From contig PS015110.1 of assembly GCA_048213135.1 (NCBI GenBank), forward strand, positions 101,368-121,367: 20,000 bases of DNA. The letters are read 5' to 3'. Below are positions 13,316 to 20,000 of this stretch, in pieces. The number at the start of each line of letters is the position of its first letter. Position 1 is the first letter of the stretch. This stretch comes from Reclinomonas americana ATCC 50394 (lineage: Eukaryota). Both the position numbers and the translations under genes were made by a program. The notes under the pieces were generated by a model that had not been told where the DNA came from, did not search any database, and was given only the letters and a program-made list of their open reading frames with translations.

Positions 13316-16058
13316 CTGCACGAAAGGGAAAAAGGGGGGTGGTTGAGAGGGTCATCACCAATGGGGGTAAAGAAAGAAACGTGGCGCGCGCTACGCACCG
13401 CCAGTGGAGCACCGATACCGACGGCGGTGCGGTCGGGGCGCTGAATGGTGAGCGCGTTTGGCGAGGCGGCGGCACCGAGATTCGACTGCAGCAGCAGCAC
13501 GGAGCCGGTGACGTTGATGGCCGACGCCGAGGGAATGCTGATGCTGCCGTTGAACTGGGCGCAGGGGTGGGGGAGCGCGATGAGAATCATCACTCAAAGA
13601 GGAAGCGACATTGGTGGGCACAAAACTGTCGAGGAGGCCGAGTACACCACAAAGGAACCGGCGGCCGTGCCGAGTTCCACCGTGGCAGCCGACGAGACAC
13701 CGAGCTGCAGATTGCCCGACGACGTGGCGCCAGAGCCGGCATCGAGTGCACTGCATTGTTATCGAAAAGTGAGGGGAAGAAGGGGAGGTCATCAGGCCTC
13801 AAGAGACACGCAACAGGTTGCCACCCGTAGCGCCAGCAGTGTTCTGACCGCGAATAAAGGTGCTCGAGGCAGCCACAGCGCCGGTCTGCGGATCGCGTTG
13901 CAAGATGAATGATTTGTTGGTGGCTCCAGCTCCGTCGCGACCGAGCCACACGATGGATGAGGCGGCGCCGACGCTGATGCCTGGGGTGGGAAGGGAGAAG
14001 GCAAGGGAGAAGGGGGGAAGGGGGAAGGGTGAGGAGAGAGGGAAGGACGAGGAAAAGGAGGAGGGAAGGACGGGGAGAAAGAGGTGGAAAGGACAAGGAG
14101 TGAGGGGAGAGAGTGAGGACAGAGTGACGACGAGGACGAGGAGGAGGAGAGAAGGATAAGGAGGAGAACAGTGCGATAAACTCTCTTCAAAATCAACATT
14201 CAATGGGACAACACTTGTGGTTTCAGGAACGTCACAATGAGTGCGAGAGCACCAAATGACACGGAGCAACAATACCAGAGAGCGAGAGTGTGTGTGAGAG
14301 AGAGTCAGAGAGATAGGCAAACAGGCACATGCACACACACGCATGCACACATATACGCACACACACACACATGCACGCACACGCGCGCACACACACGCAC
14401 ACAGACAGACGCACATGCACACGCACATGCACGCACGCACATACACACACGCACACACACACACTACACGCACACTACATGTCTTCGACCTGCAGCTGCC
14501 ACCAACAAACAACAAGCACAATAGCTCTTCCCTCAACAAAGTGTCCCCTCACAACAAACCTGGTTCGAGACGCATGTACGTCTGTGCCTGCAACTCCAGC
14601 TGCGTCGCCGACGACAGCAGCGCCAGAGTGAGGCCGCCGGCCAACGTAGTCGTGCCGTCGACTTGCAGGCTGGAGAAGAATCGCGAGCCTTGCAAGACGT
14701 TGAGCACGCCGTTGACGGTCGTGGTGACACCAGCAACGGCAATGGAGACCGAAGTGGCCGTCGGACCCATGGTGAGTGACTGAGTAGTGCGGCGACAATC
14801 AGCAAATGACAACCAGGGTCAATACGCGAAATTGAAAACTCAACTGCACTACGCGGATCGAGAGTCATGGCTCCATTGCTCTGCAGCAGAGCGGTCGAGG
14901 CCGACGACACCAACGAGAGTGCACCGGCCGCCGTGACGGAGAATGTACTCTCGGCGGTCATGGCTGACGCGCCGGCGTCAATGGCAAACTGTGAGCCGAC
15001 ACGAGGTGAGTTTGCATGATTTGCTTTGCATGACAGGGAAATCCTGTCGAGATTCACGAACCGCGCCACGAGAACCGGCGGTTCCGGTGGACAGCGTGAG
15101 CGAACCACACGTGGAGACACCCATGCCATTGGTGTGCACGGCGGAGATAATGCGCAGGGCAGGCGGTGCGAGACCGTCAAAGACAGACGCGTGCTGGATC
15201 GTGGTGTCCGTGCCCTGTCGACCCACGCGCAGAATATTATCGGTGGAGCGAATGGGACTCGAGCTGCCGTTCAGATTGACAGCGCCAGTGGCTGTGATGG
15301 ACGAGCTGGTGATGGTCACGGCAACGGCATTCGTACCGCTGCCAATGGACACTGAACTCGTGTTGGCATCACCAATCATGACCGCGCCGTTGGCGGCAGC
15401 CACATTGCCAGCACCCGCACGCAGCAGCCTGACATTGTTCATCAGGAAAAAGAATGCAGAGTAACAGTAAAGGGGGGAAGAAAGGGCCACGCAACAAGTT
15501 GCCGCCTGCGCCGGCAGTCGACTGCTGTCCGGCGACACTGAACGGTAGCGACGCTGCCGCAGTGGTCGGTGCAATCGAGTAGCTGGAGGCCGGCGTGCCG
15601 CCAAGGACCACCGCACCAGAGAACGGAGTCAGCGTCAACGAGCCGGCACTGGTGCGCAGAACCGGCGAGAAGATTTGGGTGGTGAAGGTGGCGTCTTGTG
15701 CCACCGACAACTGCAAAGGTGGGCAAAAGGGAGAGAGGGGTGAGGTCGACATGAATGCAGACACGCACGCGTCACCTTCAGCCACGCAACTGTGCCCTGT
15801 ACAGTAGTTGGTACACCCGCTTGTGAAATTGTGACACCGGCCGAGCTAGACGATGACGCTCCGGTGGCGATGTTGACAATGGTGGCGGTCGTGTCAACAC
15901 GATTGCCATCGAGGGTGAGAGTGGTGCCCGACACGGTCACCGTACTGGTGCCGCGCGCCAAGGCGCCAATCATGATTGAGCTGGTCAGACCGGCTCCGGT
16001 GCTGATGCGCAGATTGATGGCTGGCGAACTGCAAAGCAGTGAGTGAGGAGAGGTAAGG

Positions 16059-16119
<61 letters not shown>

Positions 16120-19100
16120 CGACGACGACGACGACGACGACGTACGTACGTACGTACGTACGTACGTAACGAACGAACGTACGTAACGTAACGTACGGTA
16201 CGGTACGTACGTCGTACGACGACGACGACGTACGTACGTCGGTCGACCGGACCGACGANNNNNNNNNNNNNNNNNNNNGAGTAGACGAGACGAGAGTACG
16301 GTAGAGAGAGAGAGAGGACGAGAGTAGAGAGAGAGAGAGAAAGAAAGACAGACGACAGAGAGATGTAGCACGAGCGCGAGAGAGAGAGAGAGAGTTGACG
16401 CAACGTGACAGCCATGTCAGCCGTTGTAATCACAAACGGCGTCAAATTGGACGGAGTGCCTTGCAGCACCAGTGTGCTGGCCGCCGAAGCCAATGGACCT
16501 GTCAGCGTCAGCATGCTGGAGAACAGAGCGTTGCCAGCAACCTGTTGCACGATAGACGGTGAGCGAGGACAGTACATGCACGGACTAAAACGTGTGAATC
16601 GAACCGTCAGAGTTGACTGCGCCGTCAGCGAGCCGACGACGGTGGTGGCCAGTGGTTGAAGAAGCAGCGATGTAGACGTCAAGCGGCCAATTGTCACCTG
16701 AGCAAGCACCACTAGCATCAGTGACACTCGTTCATATTCAGTGCAGGGTGGAAGATGTGGTGACGCACCGTTGATGCCGCAATGGTGCCCACGTTGACAT
16801 TGCCTTGCGTCAGCGCACCAGTGCCGGCATCGAGGAAGCTGCAGGAAGCATGGCGTGAGATAACGAAAAGCACATAGCTTGCACAACAATATCGCACGCA
16901 ACATATCACCACCCGCCGAGCCGACAGCAGTCGATGATTGGGCATACACCGACAGAGCCTGACCGCTGGCGGTGGTGCTGGGCGTACGCGTGATCTCCAT
17001 GGTGGCTTGCGCGCCCGTGAGCGAGATCTGTCACGCCGATCGATGAGAAGACATGACATCATGACTCACCAACTCACTCGCACACGCAAACATACGGCGA
17101 AACAGTCACTGATTCGCATACTTGCGATAACTGCTTGAGCACACGCACACAGACTCTAATCTCCATTTTGGCTTCCTTCTCTCTCGCCTCCCTCTCGTCA
17201 CACCATCCGCCCCTCGCCCTCCTCCCACTATCTGCCGTCCCTCGCTTTCATCCCACAATCATCCCTTCATCCCTTCTTGTCCGCTCTCTTCCCTCTTTTC
17301 GCCCTCACCCCGCCCTCTTCCACTCCCCTCGCTTTCACTCCCTCACACACTCTGCCCCTTCCCCTCCCCCACACTCACCCTGCCATTGGCGGGGCGCAAG
17401 TCGAGTGCATTGCTACTCGAGACCACAATTGGCGTCGTCAGCTGCGTGGCGGCCACAATGCTATTGGCCGTCAGTGTGGTGCCGTTCAGTGTCACATCCT
17501 GCGTCACCACCAGCTGGCCGAGAACGCGCGTGACGAGACCGGCGCCACTCAGACGCACTTCACCCGTGGCGGCGTTGATCACCACGTTCGAGGTGGCCGA
17601 GGTGATGCTCATGGCTCCACTCGCGTCGGCGGTCATGGAGAGCGCCCGCAACACAATCGAATTGGTGCGATACGCGGCCGCTCCCAAGTACAAGTTACCG
17701 TCGGCAGTGGCCGGCAGCGTGGACTTGCCGGCCTCGATCGACAAATCGCCACCAATGCCCGGCACATCCACACGCTTGATGGTGAACGGGCTGCCGATAG
17801 TCGTGTCGCCAATGTCAAAGACATTGGTCGTCACCAGCAGACGGCCGTTGCCGGCCGACGGCGCCAGCGTGAGTGAACCATTCATCGTGGTGGCGCCGGT
17901 TACCGCCAGTGTGCCGGCCGACAAGGCGCTGTTGACAATGACAGAGGCCGAGGCGATGGTGGTGGTCTGGCCAGCCAAACCGGAGAGACCAATGCTAATG
18001 TTGCCGCGCTGCGTGCCAATCTTGACGTTGCCGCTGGTGGTGGAGCCGAGGCCGCCGTCAATGACCACATCGCCGCCAGAGCCGGTGGTGGTCGGCTGAC
18101 CAATGATGTTGGTCTGCGCACCGACGCCGACCGCCAGCGTCGGCCGGGTCAACGTGAAAGCCGACGCGGTGGAGCCGAGAAGCACACGTTGCGAGGCAGG
18201 CTGCAGCGTGAGGTCATCCGTCACCAGCGACGTGGTGATCAACGTCGTCTGCAAGCCGCCCACGGCACGTGTCTGTCCCGTGACTTGCAGCACGCCGTTC
18301 GGAACGGCGGCGAGACCAGCACTCAGCTCCAGGTAGGAGACGCCAGCGGAGCGGAAGACAACGCGGGAGGTGGCGGCTGTGTGGAGACAAGTGAGATGTA
18401 GAGAAGGAAAAAGAGATACAACCACACTGTAACTCCACCGCCTACGCAACAGTCGCGGAACATGCCGGTGGTGCCATCGCCAGAGAACGAGAAGCCGACA
18501 TTGTCGGTCAGCGTCAATCCAGCGAATGCTTGGACGGCGCCAAACACCTCCAAGCGAGGACCCGGCGAGGCCCATGTGGTGCCTACCTGCACCAGACTCT
18601 GTCCGGGCGAGCCAGTCTTGCGCACCGTCAGATCACCACCGCTGCCAATCAGCACGCCGCCGGCAAAGGCGTCGGCCGAGTTGATGCGCAGTGTACTGGT
18701 CATGCCCGACACGGAGCGATCCAATGTCAGCAGCGGCGTGGTGGCACCAAGCAGGAACTGGTCGCCGTCAATGCCCAGACTCGTGGTGATAATGACCGGG
18801 TTCGTCGACAATGTCGGTGCGTAGATACGACGCACACCGCCAATCCAGATGCCGACGCCAGTGGATGGGAGGGCTGCGTGGGGGGACGGTCGTGAACAAA
18901 GGGTGCATGCGCTTCGGAAGAGAGACGAATCATCGGCACACACACACGCAACACGAAGCACTCGAAAACGACGGAAGAAAGAAGGAAAGAGCGGGGGTGG
19001 AGAAGGAGAAGCACGCGTGCGTGTACAAAGCGATAGACTGGGAATGTCACAAACCAGGTGACGAAAGACGGAGAGAGAGAGAGAGAGAGAGAGAGAAACA

Positions 19101-19807
19101 CGAAACCCACAAGAACGCAATCAACAAGAGCTGTAATCACCATCGCACACACCATCTCTCTCCCTAGTCAGTGCACTCACCATCAGCAAACAAGCCAGTC
19201 ACCGAGTCCGTGTCAAACGCAAATCCCAAATCAATGGTGGCCGCGCTGGAGGGTGGCGTGCCACGTGCGGCACGGACCGAGCCCAGCGAGCGCAGCGATC
19301 CAGAGCCTGTCGCGTACGACGAGGCACCGGAGCCAAACACGGCACGCGCGGCATTGGCCAGATTGCCTCCGCGGCCAATGTAGGCGTCGTTGCTGCCAAT
19401 CACCACACCGTCGACAAAGCTGCCGCCCGAGTTCACCAGCAACAGGCTCTGCAGAGAGACGCCGGAACGCTCCAGCGCCACACCCGTGCCGACCGAGACT
19501 TGCGTGCCACCCGACACCAGCGAACCGAATGTGGTAATGAGGCCAGTCGGCGACACGCGCAGGCGCTCCGACACGGCACCGCCTTGCGACAAGAAGAGCT
19601 TCAGGTCGGCGGTCACACCCGGCGACAGCTCACCCGTGTGGATGAACGAGACGAGCGGAGCGCCGGCCACCGGAGTGCCCAGACGGAACGTGTCGCCGCG
19701 AATGTCCAGGCGTCCGTACACCGACAGTGGGTTGTTGGTGGTGCCGTCGTCGGGGATCTCGAAGCGCAGGGCACCGTTGCTGTACATCGAGACGGTGTTG
19801 CCGGTGG
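1..19807 (-). CDS. Partial giant multi-exon gene (16 exons seen, no start or stop in window) encoding a T/G/V/A/S-rich repetitive beta-helical fibre/adhesin-like protein, about 5,800 aa in the window. Model: complement(join(<1..13315,13399..13554,13627..13750,13815..13980,14560..14779,14845..14988,15062..15428,15496..15710,15791..16028,16405..16541,16605..16697,16769..16838,16903..17027,17379..18376,18451..18873,19181..19807))
   Basis: Minus-strand ORF pieces of the same amino-acid style are separated by GT...CAG segments with pyrimidine tracts and CTCAC/CTGAT/CTCAT branch-like motifs. Donor and acceptor phases match at all 15 junctions when traced by hand. Function is inferred from composition and motifs only. 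Confidence 0.88.
899..1784. other. Assembly gap (886 N)
   Basis: N run. Confidence 0.99.
2192..2862. other. Assembly gap (671 N)
   Basis: N run. Confidence 0.99.
12168..12187. other. Assembly gap (20 N, probably a placeholder size)
   Basis: N run; the reading frame differs on the two sides. Confidence 0.97.
13399..13554 (-). CDS. Exon 15 ([11 protein letters not shown]...GIGAPLA)
   Basis: Acceptor CCCAG at 13555; donor G|GTGCGT at 13398; phase 0/0. Confidence 0.87.
13627..13750 (-). CDS. Exon 14 ([41 protein letters not shown]); not represented in the ORF track
   Basis: Acceptor TGCAG at 13751 (phase 2); hand translation continues the GGNLALDAGSG motif; donor A|GTTTTGT at 13626 (phase 0) is the least certain boundary. 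Confidence 0.75.
13815..13980 (-). CDS. Exon 13 ([14 protein letters not shown]...GATGGNL)
   Basis: Acceptor CCCAG at 13981 after a long pyrimidine tract (phase 1); donor T|GTTGCGT at 13814 (phase 2). Confidence 0.87.
13981..14559 (-). other. 579-bp intron with a degenerate (CA/TG)n microsatellite (about 14326-14478) and a pyrimidine tract of about 190 bp (13985-14170)
   Basis: GTTTGT...CCCAG boundaries; low-complexity content. Confidence 0.85.
14560..14779 (-). CDS. Exon 12 ([10 protein letters not shown]...YMRLEP)
   Basis: Acceptor CTCAG at 14780 (phase 0); donor CAG|GTTTGT at 14559 (phase 1). Confidence 0.85.
14845..14988 (-). CDS. Exon 11 ([10 protein letters not shown]...MTLDPRSA)
   Basis: Acceptor CACAG at 14989; donor A|GTTGAGT at 14844 is the nearby phase-0 GT (the adjacent GTAGTG and GTGCAG are phase 1). 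Confidence 0.8.
15062..15428 (-). CDS. Exon 10 ([14 protein letters not shown]...TAGSRGA)
   Basis: Acceptor GTCAG at 15429 (phase 2); donor G|GTTCGT at 15061 (phase 0). Confidence 0.82.
15496..15710 (-). CDS. Exon 9 (LSVAQDATF...AGAGGNL)
   Basis: Acceptor TGCAG at 15711 (phase 0); donor T|GTTGCGT at 15495 (phase 2). Confidence 0.85.
15791..16028 (-). CDS. Exon 8 ([11 protein letters not shown]...PTTVQGT)
   Basis: Acceptor TGCAG at 16029 (phase 2); donor A|GTTGCGT at 15790 (phase 0). Confidence 0.82.
16061..16115. repeat. Perfect (GA)n microsatellite, about 27 units, inside intron 16029-16404
   Basis: Directly visible. Confidence 0.97.
16259..16278. other. Assembly gap (20 N, probably a placeholder size) within an intron
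   Basis: N run between degraded (GA)n tracts. Confidence 0.97.
16405..16541 (-). CDS. Exon 7 (VAGNALFSS...TTADMAVT)
   Basis: Acceptor AACAG at 16542 (phase 0); donor C|GTTGCGT at 16404 (phase 2), followed directly by (CT)n. Confidence 0.85.
16605..16697 (-). CDS. Exon 6 ([10 protein letters not shown]...AQSTLT)
   Basis: Acceptor CTCAG at 16698; donor G|GTTCGA at 16604; phase 0/0. Confidence 0.8.
16769..16838 (-). CDS. Exon 5 ([23 protein letters not shown])
   Basis: Acceptor TGCAG at 16839 (phase 2); donor G|GTGCGT at 16768 (phase 0). Confidence 0.85.
16903..17027 (-). CDS. Exon 4 ([14 protein letters not shown]...SAGGDI)
   Basis: Acceptor GACAG at 17028 (phase 0); donor T|GTTGCGT at 16902 (phase 2), which rebuilds the motif GGDIFLDAG. 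Confidence 0.85.
17160..17372. repeat. C/T-rich low-complexity tract (purine-rich on the transcript strand) in the 5' part of intron 17028-17378
   Basis: Directly visible. Confidence 0.85.
17379..18376 (-). CDS. Exon 3 ([12 protein letters not shown]...DLRPANGR)
   Basis: Acceptor CACAG at 18377 (phase 1); donor G|GTGAGT at 17378 (phase 0); frame of ORF 17343..18575. Confidence 0.9.
18451..18873 (-). CDS. Exon 2 ([13 protein letters not shown]...[14 protein letters not shown])
   Basis: Acceptor CGCAG at 18874 (phase 1); donor T|GTTGCGT at 18450 (phase 1). Other phase-1 donors at 18438 (GTGGAG) and 18465 (GCATGT) cannot be excluded. Confidence 0.8.
19071..19096. repeat. (GA)n microsatellite inside intron 18874-19180
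   Basis: Directly visible. Confidence 0.95.
19181..19807 (-). CDS. Exon 1 in window ([18 protein letters not shown]...[15 protein letters not shown])
   Basis: Acceptor TTGCAG at 19808 after a long pyrimidine tract; donor G|GTGAGT at 19180; phase 1/1; frame of ORF 19164..19787. Confidence 0.9.
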
Positions 19808-20000
19808 CTGCAAGGAGGGAAAGGAGGGGGTGAGTGAGAGGGAGGGAGGGAAGGGGGAGGGAGGGAGGAGGGAATCAAGAAAGAGAGAAAGAAGCGAATG
19901 AGAAGGAAGGGAAAGAGACGGAAGAGAGAGAAGAAAGGGATCGAAGGAGGAGGGAGGGAACGAGAGCAAGGGAGCGAAAGAACAAGAGAGAGACATGAGA
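19808..20000 (-). other. 3' part of a spliceosomal intron (polypyrimidine tract, CTCAC branch-like motif, TTGCAG acceptor)
   Basis: The plus strand is almost pure G/A and the segment abuts exon 1 at ctgca. Confidence 0.85.

Noticed and set aside
13590-14800. Short ORFs rich in VC/HT/SL/ER dipeptides (also 15985-16371, 17135-17533, 18727-19167, 19500-19996)
   Set aside because: Translations of intronic microsatellites and purine/pyrimidine tracts.
16116-16345. Palindromic-looking GAC/GTAC/TACG repeat array flanking a gap
   Set aside because: The (GA)n tracts decay progressively into T-A-C-G cycles toward the gap from both sides. This matches pyrosequencing (TACG flow order) dephasing noise at contig ends and is most likely an artefact, not a binding-site array or satellite.
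18460-18465. Possible GC-AG intron donor (G|GCATGT) ending exon 2
   Set aside because: It is phase-compatible but would cut the TGMFRD motif that parallels TGLFAD in exon 1. The GTTGCGT donor 15 nt downstream matches five other donors and the motif-relative intron position in exon 1.
1-20000. Bacterial autotransporter/haemagglutinin gene, prophage or bacterial contaminant
   Set aside because: Fifteen phase-consistent GT-AG introns with branch-like motifs and microsatellites indicate a eukaryotic nuclear locus. No operon structure or other phage genes are visible.

Overview
Eukaryotic (GC-rich, probably protist; organism not identifiable from sequence alone) draft-assembly window with four N gaps. 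The whole window is the interior of one giant minus-strand intron-containing gene, open at both edges. I traced 16 exons and 15 complete GT-AG introns that keep reading phase at every junction: 15 small exons (13399-19807, 4103 nt, about 1367 codons), then one apparently intron-free exon of about 13.3 kb or more (13315 to <1, across three gaps). This gives roughly 5,800 aa in the window. The protein is T/G/V/A/S/L/N-rich and charge-poor. From N to C it has phage/viral tail-fibre-like motifs, GG[DN]hxhxAGxG repeats, a [AG]P-x-h-x-h beta-strand region, and about 3,300 aa of 12-residue [16 protein letters not shown] repeats, probably forming a very long beta-helical fibre. The most striking observation is two classes of 5' splice site. 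Seven are ordinary G|GTNNG(T) donors. Eight are H|GTT(G/T)NGT donors (GTTGCGT six times), which look like the consensus shifted by one nucleotide, and none of these has G at -1. The long plus-strand ORFs are antisense shadows.
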